DNA from: Bacteroidota bacterium | GTDB lineage: Bacteria > Bacteroidota > Ignavibacteria > UBA10030 | Length of the DNA stretch: 64,000 bases | NCBI GenBank assembly: GCA_041695045.1 | Contig: JBGFRR010000151.1 | Coordinates: 7,245 to 71,244, forward strand | Reading direction: 5' to 3' | In this document: one piece after another, positions 55,527 through 64,000 of the stretch | Layout of the letters: the number at the start of each line of letters is the position of its first letter | How positions within the stretch are numbered: the stretch's first letter is position 1 | Position numbers and translations under genes: made by a program | Notes under the pieces: generated by a model | Databases searched by the model: none | Seen by the model: the letters and a program-made list of their open reading frames with translations, nothing else | Told to the model about the DNA's origin: nothing

Positions 55527-56642
55527 ATGACCCACAGTATCAGTCCCCTGCGATGGCTCGCGATGCTGACGATACTCGTACTCACAGCATCGACACTCGC
55601 CACTGCTCAACAACAGCCTGAGGTCAAGATCGACATCCGTCTCGGTCAGTTCGACGTCCTTTACCTCGCAGACTTTATTGATGTGACGACGGGGGCGCTC
55701 TCCAGCAATATTCCGAATGCCTCGATTCAGCTGGAGACGGTTCCGCAACAGGCAATGGATATGTACCTCGTCGTGACAGTTTTCATCAAGCTCCGGGGAG
55801 ATCAAAACTTTACGCAGTTCGTGAAATCAACGACGCACAACTTCTTGATGCCGGGGCGGATGACGGTAACATCCCGCGACCTCGCCAGAACCGGAGGCGG
55901 GAACATTCGCGTGAAGAGCACGGATGTCAACAGCGCGATGCAACGACGGTTAGAGGACCATGTGCGGACGCTCCCCACGGCACCGGTAGGAACATACGCG
56001 ATTGAAGTTGAAGCCTACACACCCGAGAACGTCCGGCTTGCCCGTCAGCGCTCCGATGTGGACGTGAGCAGCGCGACGCCGGAAGACGTTTCCGTAACCT
56101 ACGTTGAACCGCAGGACGGAGCTGTGCTGCCAACGTTGTTCCCGACGTTCTCCTGGACGACACAACGGCCCCAGGCTCGCATTTCGATCTACGAGCGACT
56201 TCCCTTCCACCGTTCACCGGAAGATGTAGTAACGGGAGTTCCTCACCTCCAGATGGAAGTACGGGGAACATCGTTTACCTATCCGCCCGATGCAGCCCGC
56301 CGCCTTGAACCCGGGAAAACGTACGTGTGGCTTTTGGAAGTGACCGTGGGGACGAACCGCGGCGCGCAGATTAAGCGCGGTCCGGTCTTTGCATTCCGGA
56401 CACAGGCGCTCGCCGGTGAATGGGCATTCCTTGAGCGATTCCTTACCGGCCTGGGTGGAGAAGCCGCTGGAACATTCGCGACACTTCAAGGAATAGGCTG
56501 GCGACCGACGGGTGAGATTGTTGTGGACGGCCGGACGGCGACCCTGCAACAACTCCAGGTGGTTCTCAACCAGCTTGCTCAACGACAACAGGCGGGTATC
56601 GCTGCTGGAACAGGCAGCACCGTCAAGATTACAGTCCAATAA
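55527..56642 (+). CDS. secreted hypothetical protein with DUF928-like segment
   Basis: AGGAAGGAG lies upstream. Signal peptide MTHSISPLRWLAMLTILVLTASTLATAQ. PTFSWTT...FTYPPDAARRLEPGKTYVWLLEV resembles the DUF928 P.F.W / L..G..Y.W pattern. Confidence 0.5.
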   Translation: MTHSISPLRWLAMLTILVLTASTLATAQQQPEVKIDIRLGQFDVLYLADFIDVTTGALSSNIPNASIQLETVPQQAMDMYLVVTVFIKLRGDQNFTQFVKSTTHNFLMPGRMTVTSRDLARTGGGNIRVKSTDVNSAMQRRLEDHVRTLPTAPVGTYAIEVEAYTPENVRLARQRSDVDVSSATPEDVSVTYVEPQDGAVLPTLFPTFSWTTQRPQARISIYERLPFHRSPEDVVTGVPHLQMEVRGTSFTYPPDAARRLEPGKTYVWLLEVTVGTNRGAQIKRGPVFAFRTQALAGEWAFLERFLTGLGGEAAGTFATLQGIGWRPTGEIVVDGRTATLQQLQVVLNQLAQRQQAGIAAGTGSTVKITVQ

Positions 56643-56680
56643 CGGAAGCTCGATCTTCCTACCTATTGAGGAGCACAACA

Positions 56681-57427
56681 ATGAAAACGAAATTCATTCT
56701 GCTTGCCGTGATTGTTTTGAGCGCGCTCATCGTAAGCCCCGCATGGAAAACACCTCAGGACACAAGAGACATCTATGCCGTCGTCACGAAAGTTGTTCGG
56801 GACGTCTCCAAGAAAACGCCGGCGACTGCATGGCAACAGGCCGTCCCGACAGACATGTTACGCTCGGGACATCAGGTTCGTACGGACGAGAAATCGTTGG
56901 CGCTTATCAGCTTCTCCGACCAAACCAAGTTAGTGGTGCGCGAGAAATCCATCGTCGAAATCAAGGGACAGGTCCAGGGAAGGCAAATTCTCGACCGGAA
57001 CGTTCACACCACAGGCGGAAAAATCAGCTTTGATGTGAAGAAGCAGGAGAAAGAGGCGTTCCGTTTCTCTTCTCCAATTTCGGTGGCGTCCATTCGCGGA
57101 ACCGAGGGATCATACGACTCACGGAGAGATGAGGAACTTGACATCCTCGTCATCAACCGAGGATTGGCGACGCTGACGAGCGTGATTTCCGATGTATTCC
57201 AAGATGTAGGCTCCAACCAGACCGGGATTGCCGACGGGAGAGGGAACGTGAACGTCCGCCAGGCAACCCCTGAGGAACTTACCGACGCTACGACAAAGAT
57301 CCCGAGCGACGAACAAGGTGGCGGGGGCGCCGGCGGAAGCCTGGGCAAAGTGAAGAAGCAGATCCGCATCTTAGGAGAAGATGCCAACGGCAATCCACGC
57401 GTGATTCTGATCGAATGGGAAGAATAA
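56681..57427 (+). CDS. secreted FecR-domain protein
   Basis: GAGGAG lies 7 nt upstream. After a signal peptide comes W..A.....L..G..VRT...S.A.I.F.D.T.L.V...S.V.I, the FecR fold pattern. Confidence 0.65.
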   Translation: MKTKFILLAVIVLSALIVSPAWKTPQDTRDIYAVVTKVVRDVSKKTPATAWQQAVPTDMLRSGHQVRTDEKSLALISFSDQTKLVVREKSIVEIKGQVQGRQILDRNVHTTGGKISFDVKKQEKEAFRFSSPISVASIRGTEGSYDSRRDEELDILVINRGLATLTSVISDVFQDVGSNQTGIADGRGNVNVRQATPEELTDATTKIPSDEQGGGGAGGSLGKVKKQIRILGEDANGNPRVILIEWEE

Positions 57428-57490
57428 GCTGATTCCTACGGAAATTGACCGATCTGTAGGCTTGATTCCAACTTCGAGTTTTTCTACATT

Positions 57491-57529
57491 GGCGGCAGGT
57501 TGTTCAACACCCTGCCGCCTTTTCCTTTT
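57491..57529 (+). terminator. rho-independent terminator after the FecR-domain gene
   Basis: ggcggcagg (57491-57499) pairs with cctgccgcc (57511-57519) around an 11-nt loop. It is followed by TTTTCCTTTT. Confidence 0.6.
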
Positions 57530-57576
57530 CCGTCGTCGTAGAAGCACGGTTCTTCAACTTTCTTCGGGGCCTAACA

Positions 57577-59991
57577 ATGAACTCTTCACACCGTTTGTTC
57601 TTCGTGATCGCCGCCCTGCTCATCACCGGCTCGGCTCTGGCTCAAGTGACTCCCTTGATCACTCGCGTGGACGTGCCGCAAGCAAATGAGAAGCAGCCGC
57701 TCTCCGTGAGTGCCGAACTCACGCGCGGCACGGGTATCGCACGGGTGATGCTCTGGTATCGCTCGTTCGGCCAGAGCGAGTTCACAGAAATGGAAATGCT
57801 GTTAGCGGGCCGCGTTGCAACCGTCACGATTCCCGCCGAAGCCGTTACTCCACCTTCCCTCGATTACTACATTGAAGTACGGCTTGACGACGGCACAACC
57901 GAAACGCATCCAATCCAGAACCCGCAAGCGAATCCCAATCGAGTAACCGTCCGGCAGGTGAACCCCAAAGACCTCGAGGTGCGCCTTCTCAGCCCCGAGC
58001 CGGGGGAAACTGTGCCGATTGAAGAGCTTGGCATTGTCATTTCCCTCTTCTACGCGAGCGACGATGTGGACCTCGCGGGCACAAAAGTTTTTCTGGACGG
58101 CGTCGATGTCACGAGCGAAGCTGTCTTTGCAGAGGATCTTATTCTTTACTCGCCCCAAAACGTCGGCAGGACGTTGAACCTCGGGGCGCACATCCTCCGC
58201 GTAGAATTGTTCGACAAGCAGGGAAGACCGTACCACCGGGTCGAATCCACATTCAACCTTTCCACGCGTACAGCCATCCTTGCTGAGCAACGTCGCTTCC
58301 AGACGCTGATCGATGGGCAGGCGGAGTTCCGGCGTGAGGATATCGGCCCGGCGGGAACAGTAACAAACTTCATCCGCGGCGGTCTGCGCCTGAACGGCTC
58401 GTACGGCTTTCTGAACTTCGGCGCCACAACGCACCTCGACAATCAAGAGGACCCGAAACGTCAACCGCAAAACCGATATCTTCTGACTGGCGAGGCGGGT
58501 CCGTTGCGACTCCAGTTCGGCGATGCGTACCCCCGCTTCCCAAGCTACATCGTCAGCGGAATGCGCGTGCGTGGACTTTCCGCCAACCTCGCCCTCGGCT
58601 TCTTCAACGTTGACGTTGCGTTCGGTGAAACAGACCGCAAGATTGAGGGGACAGCGCTGTACGATACAACATTTACTGATGCCTCCGCAGCCGTTGGGCG
58701 ACCGGTCAACGCCGTCCAGAAACAAGGCCTTACGTACACGGTTTTCACGCCGGGCACGTGGACTCGTAACCTTCTCGTTGTGCGCCCAAGCTTCGGAAAG
58801 GGAGAGAACTTCCAGTTAGGGTTTACTTATCTCAAAGGGAAGGATGACATGGGTTCCATCCGCTATGGAATCCTGCCCAAAGAAAACCTTGTCGTCGGCT
58901 CAGACCTTCTTCTTGCGTTCGACGACCAGCGCTTCAAGTTTGAGTCGCAAGCCTCGGTCGGAATACGCAACACGAACATCACGAGAGGGAGCTTTACGGA
59001 TGCCGACTTCGATTCGCTCCGTGCAAAGGACCCCCAGGCCGCGGACGACATTGAACGAATAGCAAAACTTGCAGAAAACTTCATCACCGTCAATGAGAAC
59101 CTCCTCCCGCTGAATCCGTTCGGCCCCGGCTCGCCCGGCCTCTCCTACGACGCAGCAATCTCGTTAAACTATTTTAACAATTTCATCCGGGCGGCTGTCT
59201 TCCAGCGAGGGGCAGCGTATCTGTCGTTCGGCAACGACTTCCTCCAACCCGATTTCCGCGGCTTCCAGATTTCCGACCGCATCCGGATGTTCAGCAACAG
59301 GGTGTTCGTTAGCCTTTCGTACGAAAACCGGAAAGATAATACCGCCAATAACAAGGTTTCGACCACAACGTTCGATTTCTTGAACACCTCGGTGACAATT
59401 CTTCCAGGGACTGGCTATCCTTCCTTCACGGTTGGGTACGGCACGAACGGCCAGGTGAATGACATCACCGACGCCCGTTTGAAGATCGACAAGAAGACAA
59501 ACCTTCTGTTCCTCGGCATGAATTATGATTTCGAGGCCGCCGCGCGACACGCGTTGAACCTGAGCTTCAGCTCAACCGACCGTAAGGATAACACCATGTA
59601 CAAACGCGACCAGCAAAACCTTAACATACAGGCCTTCCTGAACTCCAACTTCAGCCCCACGCTGCAAACAACCGTGGGATATATGCTGAGCAACAACAAA
59701 TCGCAGAACCAGCTCTTTACCACCGCCCGGACCGATAGTCTCCTCGATGTCACTGAAATCAACTTCATGTCGGTCTCGGCCGGTGTGCAGCTGCGATTAC
59801 TCGAGGAGTCGCTCCGGATCAACATCTCGGCAATTCCGACGTTTGGCGATTTCAACCGAACGGTGGGACGAATTGGCGTGGACTTCCTTGCCTCGCGCAA
59901 TCACAGCTTCGAGCTCCTGTTTGATTACATTCAGAACGCGGGAATGCAGGACGACATGATCGGGAGCATCATCTATCGCTTCAACTTCTAA
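57577..59991 (+). CDS. large outer-membrane beta-barrel protein (hypothetical)
   Basis: Signal peptide MNSSHRLFFVIAALLITGSALAQ. Alternating beta-strand-like sequence ends in a terminal ...IIYRFNF aromatic residue. Confidence 0.6.
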   Translation: MNSSHRLFFVIAALLITGSALAQVTPLITRVDVPQANEKQPLSVSAELTRGTGIARVMLWYRSFGQSEFTEMEMLLAGRVATVTIPAEAVTPPSLDYYIEVRLDDGTTETHPIQNPQANPNRVTVRQVNPKDLEVRLLSPEPGETVPIEELGIVISLFYASDDVDLAGTKVFLDGVDVTSEAVFAEDLILYSPQNVGRTLNLGAHILRVELFDKQGRPYHRVESTFNLSTRTAILAEQRRFQTLIDGQAEFRREDIGPAGTVTNFIRGGLRLNGSYGFLNFGATTHLDNQEDPKRQPQNRYLLTGEAGPLRLQFGDAYPRFPSYIVSGMRVRGLSANLALGFFNVDVAFGETDRKIEGTALYDTTFTDASAAVGRPVNAVQKQGLTYTVFTPGTWTRNLLVVRPSFGKGENFQLGFTYLKGKDDMGSIRYGILPKENLVVGSDLLLAFDDQRFKFESQASVGIRNTNITRGSFTDADFDSLRAKDPQAADDIERIAKLAENFITVNENLLPLNPFGPGSPGLSYDAAISLNYFNNFIRAAVFQRGAAYLSFGNDFLQPDFRGFQISDRIRMFSNRVFVSLSYENRKDNTANNKVSTTTFDFLNTSVTILPGTGYPSFTVGYGTNGQVNDITDARLKIDKKTNLLFLGMNYDFEAAARHALNLSFSSTDRKDNTMYKRDQQNLNIQAFLNSNFSPTLQTTVGYMLSNNKSQNQLFTTARTDSLLDVTEINFMSVSAGVQLRLLEESLRINISAIPTFGDFNRTVGRIGVDFLASRNHSFELLFDYIQNAGMQDDMIGSIIYRFNF

Positions 59992-60002
59992 GAGAATTGC
60001 TA

Positions 60003-62192
60003 ATGGCTTCTCCCACCCAGAAGAAACTCATTGCCCTTCTTACCAAGATCGGAATCGGACTCGGCATCGGCGTTGCGGTCGTGTTGCTGACGCAGGGCCT
60101 GTTCTTCGAGATCCCCTTCCTCAAGAACGTCGAGCACCTCACCACCGATTTCCGTTATCAGAGCCGCTACAACACCCGCGGCGCGGAAATTAAAAACCGC
60201 ATCTACAATCGCGGCGACGTCGTCATCGTCGGCATCGACGACTCCGACTTGAAAGCAATGCCTGAGAAGTTCCCCTTCCCTCGCGATTACTACGCGCGCA
60301 TTACCCACAACCTCAACCGCGCCGGCGCACGCGTCGTGGCATTCGATCTTACCTTTACCTCCCCGAGCGCTGGCGACTCGATCATGCGCGAGGCGCTCCG
60401 GTACTACGACAACGTTATCCTCGGCGTGAACAAGCCCGAAGAAGGCATGGGCGGTCTCTATACTATTCGCTCGACGGATGAAACATTCGGCAACGTGTTT
60501 CACGATGTCAGCAGGCAGGTGGGCATCGTGAACGTGGTCAAAGACCGCGACGATGTCGTCCGACAATACGTCCCCATGTATCTCGTAGGAGAGGACCTTG
60601 TTCCGGCATTCTCGTTTGCTGCACTTGCCCGTTACTATGGCCTGCCTCCAAAGTCAACCGTATGCCTGCAAGGCGACTACTTTGTGCTGAAGGACAGGCT
60701 GATTCCCCGTTTCACCGCTTCCTCGTTCTTGCTCAACTACTACGGCCCTGTGGAAACGTTCCGCTACGTTCCCTTCCAGCAAGTGATCGACGACGAGACG
60801 TTCCAGACGATGGATGAGATGGAAATCGAGGAATCGATTGACTTGTTCAACCTCGAAGAGGCGACGTCGATCTTCAAGGATAAGATCGTCTTGATCGGCT
60901 CGAAGTTGCCGGAGGAGCGCGACTTTCACTCGACACCCATGAAGAACCCCGACGGCACCTTCATTATGCACGGAGTGGAAATTCACGCAACGGCGGTTCA
61001 AAATGTGCTCGACGGCGCGTTCATCATCCCCGCCGACCCCCAAGTCGAAATCTCTCTCATCCTGATCCTTGCGCTGCTCAGCTTCGTGGGACTGCTCGCG
61101 TTCAAACAAATCAAACTCCGGTTTGTGTGGATCATCGAAATTCTTGCCGTCGTGATCGTTGCGGTGTTGGTTTTTGGAGTCTTCGAGTTTTCGCTGCTCG
61201 CTTTTACCAACAGCAATATCTATCTCAACATCGTCAACCCGTCGCTGGCGATTGTGTTAGCGTACGTCGGTACCATCGTCCATCAGTATCTGACCGAGCG
61301 GCAACAGAAGGCGATGATCAAAGGCGTGTTCAGCCACTACATCAGTCCGGCCGTCGTGAACGAATTGATTGCCGACCCGGAGAAGGCCACGTTGGGCGGC
61401 GATAAGCGGGAACTGACCGCGTTCTTCTCCGACATTGCCGGCTTCACCACGATTTCAGAATCCCTCACGCCCGAAGCGCTCGTTCAACTCCTCAACGAAT
61501 ACCTCGACGAGATGACGGAGATCATCATCAAGCACAACGGGACGCTCGACAAATACGAGGGTGACGCGATCATGGCGTTCTGGGGCGCGCCGATTCCGCA
61601 GAAGGACCATGCCTTGCGCGCCTGTCTTGCATCGCTCGAGATGCAAAGGCGGCTTGCGGTGCTGCGGCCGAAGTGGAAGAAGCAGGGCCGCCCGGAAATC
61701 GAAGTGCGCTGCGGCGTCAACACCGGCGTGATGATCGTCGGCAACATGGGAGGGAAGGACCGATTCGACTACACGATCATCGGCGACAGCGTGAACCTCG
61801 CCTCGCGTCTCGAGGGAGCCAACAAGCAATACAATTCGAAGATCATGATCAGCGAGTTCACGTACAAGCATGTGCAGGGGAAGGTGGTCGTCCGCGAGCT
61901 GGATTTGATTCAGGTGAAAGGCAAAACCGAACCCATAAAAGTGTACGAGCTCCTCGGCGCATCCGGCATGCAGATGACGCCCGAGCAGAAGGAAGCGATG
62001 GAGATGTACCACGAAGGCCTGCAGTTGTACCGCCAGCGGAAATGGGACGAGGCGATTGCCTACATGAACCAGGCGTACTCGCTCGACCCGACCTGCCACG
62101 TTGCGCAAATCTACGCACAACGCGCCGCTCTCTATCAACTGAATCCCCCGCCTGAGGAGTGGGACGGCGTGTTCGTGATGACAACGAAATAG
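60003..62192 (+). CDS. CHASE2 sensor / class III adenylate (guanylate) cyclase with C-terminal TPR
   Basis: CHASE2 (VVIVGIDD..L......FP.PRDYYA..T.NL...GARVVAFDL.F), TM segments, and a cyclase domain (ELTAFFSDIAGFT...YEGDAIMAFWGAP...GDSVNLASRLE). Confidence 0.85.
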   Translation: MASPTQKKLIALLTKIGIGLGIGVAVVLLTQGLFFEIPFLKNVEHLTTDFRYQSRYNTRGAEIKNRIYNRGDVVIVGIDDSDLKAMPEKFPFPRDYYARITHNLNRAGARVVAFDLTFTSPSAGDSIMREALRYYDNVILGVNKPEEGMGGLYTIRSTDETFGNVFHDVSRQVGIVNVVKDRDDVVRQYVPMYLVGEDLVPAFSFAALARYYGLPPKSTVCLQGDYFVLKDRLIPRFTASSFLLNYYGPVETFRYVPFQQVIDDETFQTMDEMEIEESIDLFNLEEATSIFKDKIVLIGSKLPEERDFHSTPMKNPDGTFIMHGVEIHATAVQNVLDGAFIIPADPQVEISLILILALLSFVGLLAFKQIKLRFVWIIEILAVVIVAVLVFGVFEFSLLAFTNSNIYLNIVNPSLAIVLAYVGTIVHQYLTERQQKAMIKGVFSHYISPAVVNELIADPEKATLGGDKRELTAFFSDIAGFTTISESLTPEALVQLLNEYLDEMTEIIIKHNGTLDKYEGDAIMAFWGAPIPQKDHALRACLASLEMQRRLAVLRPKWKKQGRPEIEVRCGVNTGVMIVGNMGGKDRFDYTIIGDSVNLASRLEGANKQYNSKIMISEFTYKHVQGKVVVRELDLIQVKGKTEPIKVYELLGASGMQMTPEQKEAMEMYHEGLQLYRQRKWDEAIAYMNQAYSLDPTCHVAQIYAQRAALYQLNPPPEEWDGVFVMTTK

Positions 62193-62382
62193 ACGGTTTG
62201 ATGATCTTGAAGCAAATGCTGTTTGCTTGGGAAAGTCGTGGTGTTCAGGGGGCCTTTTCCTTCGTGCACCGGTCGGGAGTACACCCGTGAGGGTGCACGA
62301 ACGGCTTGCCGCTCTCGTCCGTTCGCCGCTCATCGCGTGGGATTTATTTGTACGCGCACGCTACAATTTGACGTACGATCAG

Positions 62383-63435
62383 ATGCCGCTGCAATTCCAA
62401 CGGCTTTCGGTTGCGAAGCGTTGGAATCTTTTGAAAGCAGGCACAAACCTCCTCCACCGTCGTCTCACGCCTCCCAACCTCCCGCTTCATCTTCACGTCG
62501 AGCTCACCAACTACTGTCCGCTTCGCTGCCCTGTCTGTCCTACCGGAGCGAGGACGCTCACCCGGCCCCCACGCGCGATGGAGGTTGAACTCTTTGAACG
62601 ACTGATGGCCAAGCTCGGGCCCACGCTTCTCACGATGACATTGTGGGGATGGGGAGAGCCTTTACTCCATCCTCGGTTACGCGACATCCTACGGATCGCT
62701 TCGCAATATCCGGTGGCAACGTTTCTTTCAACCAGTAGTCGCAAGCTGTCGGACGAAGCTATTATCGAAGCACTGCTGGAATTTCCGCCCACTCACTTGA
62801 TTGTAGCAGTCGATGGGCTTGACGATGAGACGAATACGCAGTTCCGCGTCGGCGCACAACTCGAACCCATGCTTGCCGGCGTGCGTCGGCTGGCGGACCT
62901 CAAGCGGGCCAGCGGACGCAGCTTTCCCATCCTGCACATGCGCTCGATCGTAATGAGTCACAACCAGCACCAGCTTCCACTTCTACCACCATTTGCCGCA
63001 ATGCACGGATTCGACGTTCTGACGGTGCGCACCCTTTCACTTGTCGACGACCTCGAGCAGACGCACAAGCGTTTTGTTCCTGATTCAGCCGACCTTCGGG
63101 CCTACGACTACGACGAGGGTGAGCGCATCCATCAAAGCGGCTTTGTGTGCACGCAACCGTTCTGGTTTCCGGCGGTCTATGCCGACGGCACCGTTGTGGC
63201 GTGCGAGCAGGATTACAATGCCCAGCGGCCATTCGGTGTGCTGACTGAGGATACACGGTTCAGTGAGATCTGGTCAAGCGCACAGGCTCGCGACGTACGA
63301 AAAGCCATTCGCGACAACCCTGAATCTCTGAGTTTCTGTAGAAGCTGTCCCTTTTCCGATCGCGTGACCGCCCCCTGCTCGGTTCTTCGGTACAGAGTCA
63401 ATCCCTCTCTCCATGAACGCGTTCCTGTCTACTGA
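62383..63435 (+). CDS. radical SAM protein with SPASM-type C-terminal domain
   Basis: ELTNYCPLRCPVCP (CxxxCxxC), GWGEPLLHP, and a C-terminal Cys cluster (FVCTQPFW...VVACEQD...FCRSCPF). The start is uncertain; the ORF stays open to TTG 62227. Confidence 0.75.
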   Translation: MPLQFQRLSVAKRWNLLKAGTNLLHRRLTPPNLPLHLHVELTNYCPLRCPVCPTGARTLTRPPRAMEVELFERLMAKLGPTLLTMTLWGWGEPLLHPRLRDILRIASQYPVATFLSTSSRKLSDEAIIEALLEFPPTHLIVAVDGLDDETNTQFRVGAQLEPMLAGVRRLADLKRASGRSFPILHMRSIVMSHNQHQLPLLPPFAAMHGFDVLTVRTLSLVDDLEQTHKRFVPDSADLRAYDYDEGERIHQSGFVCTQPFWFPAVYADGTVVACEQDYNAQRPFGVLTEDTRFSEIWSSAQARDVRKAIRDNPESLSFCRSCPFSDRVTAPCSVLRYRVNPSLHERVPVY

Positions 63436-63841
63436 CATGCCCCGAATTTCACCGCAGTCCACGGAAATCTGTAATCGCGTTTCTCTCCAGCGTTTCCGAA
63501 CGGTTGACGATCTTCTTGCGTTCATCTCGATCTACGACGACCGAGAACGCGCACACGCTTATCGGAAACTTCTCGCCGCACACCGGGGCTCGATTCGTGG
63601 CGCGATCTGCATGAAGGGAGGAAGCGGCCTGGTGCTGTTTTCCATTGCGATGGCCAGAGTAGGAGCGCGCAAGGTCTATGCAGCGGGCATACGGTCGCAC
63701 TCCCCCGTTTCCTTGCTTCTTGCTCCAATTCTCCCTACTTTTTTGTCAACGATGTCGCTCCCGGAATGGAACGCTACCTTCGCTCCGCATTCGTCCTCAT
63801 TATCCTGCTCGTCGTTCAAACGGTCTTCGTTCCGTTCATGA
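63413..63841 (+). pseudogene. class I (PRMT-like) methyltransferase, N-terminal fragment
   Basis: DDRERAHAYRKLLAAHRGSIRGAICMKGGSGLVLFSIAMARVGARKVYAAG corresponds to motif I/post-I. The similarity is lost after about residue 95, and the ORF runs into the mreD start. Confidence 0.4.
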
Positions 63842-64000
63842 TCCTGAGGGGCGTCGTCCCCGATGTCCTCCTGATCTGGGTCGTCTACATAGCTCTGCGG
63901 CGCGGGCAGGTTGAGGCGACAGTCGTAGGGTTCATCGTCGGCCTGCTGCAGGATGTTACGGCAACGCAGTTTCTCGGCCTCGCTGCGCTCGCCAAGACCA
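63766..64000 (+). CDS. mreD: rod shape-determining protein MreD (3'-partial at window edge)
   Basis: ATG 63766 opens MERYLRSAFVLIILLVVQTVFVPFMILRGVVPDVLLIWVVYIALRRGQVEATVVGFIVGLLQDV..TQFLGLAALAKT, which stays open to the end of the window. Confidence 0.6.
   Translation, partial: MERYLRSAFVLIILLVVQTVFVPFMILRGVVPDVLLIWVVYIALRRGQVEATVVGFIVGLLQDVTATQFLGLAALAKT

Noticed and set aside
62201-62290. 29-codon ORF upstream of the radical SAM/SPASM gene as a RiPP precursor
   Set aside because: It has no Cys residues or recognisable leader/core organisation, no RBS, and it overlaps the possible N-terminal extension of the rSAM ORF. It is kept only as a note in the related finding.

Overview
This 64-kb chromosomal window comes from a moderately GC-rich bacterium of the FCB superphylum. 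A T9SS C-terminal sorting domain, HmuY/TonB-dependent receptors and an Hc1 histone-like protein support that placement. Many starts are preceded by GGAGG, which fits an Ignavibacteria/Chlorobi/Rhodothermia-like organism better than Bacteroidia. No rRNA, tRNA or CRISPR array was found.

Left to right, the window contains:
- a beta-propeller-like protein and a T9SS-secreted beta-helix protein;
- an S46 dipeptidyl-peptidase and an M16 peptidase pair;
- a 4-kb decayed accessory patch. It holds a hairpin-dense non-coding stretch, a GIY-YIG fragment, a truncated MNT with a HEPN ORF, HigA with a HigB remnant, an IS4 transposase fragment, a truncated protease propeptide and a frameshifted TolB-like gene;
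- a sulfate-assimilation operon (sir, cysH, TSUP remnant, cysC-sat fusion, cysG), preceded by a Cys-codon-rich leader ORF with terminator/antiterminator architecture;
- a 13-kb minus-strand uptake cluster: TonB receptor, DoxX, cupin, PhnDCE-type ABC transporter, a second TonB receptor, an HmuY-like protein, two secreted CbiX-like chelatases, a broken SAM methyltransferase and an MtrA-like/DUF4346 corrinoid protein;
- housekeeping genes: fabG-like SDR, deoxyhypusine-synthase-like plus Hc1, GH20 hexosaminidase, 2-oxoacid:ferredoxin oxidoreductase, TSUP/DUF1634, dcd, pyrF, DUF2851, dxr and rseP;
- three tandem Uma2-family nuclease paralogues on a 566-bp repeat;
- a DUF928-like/FecR/outer-membrane protein/CHASE2-adenylate-cyclase module;
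- a radical SAM/SPASM gene, a methyltransferase fragment and a partial mreD.

The most interesting candidates are:
- the polycysteine leader attenuator;
- the secreted multi-CbiX/HmuY/MtrA-like tetrapyrrole locus;
- the mosaic Uma2 triplication;
- the hairpin array at 10.25-10.64 kb.

All functional calls rest on motif recognition by eye. No database search was run.
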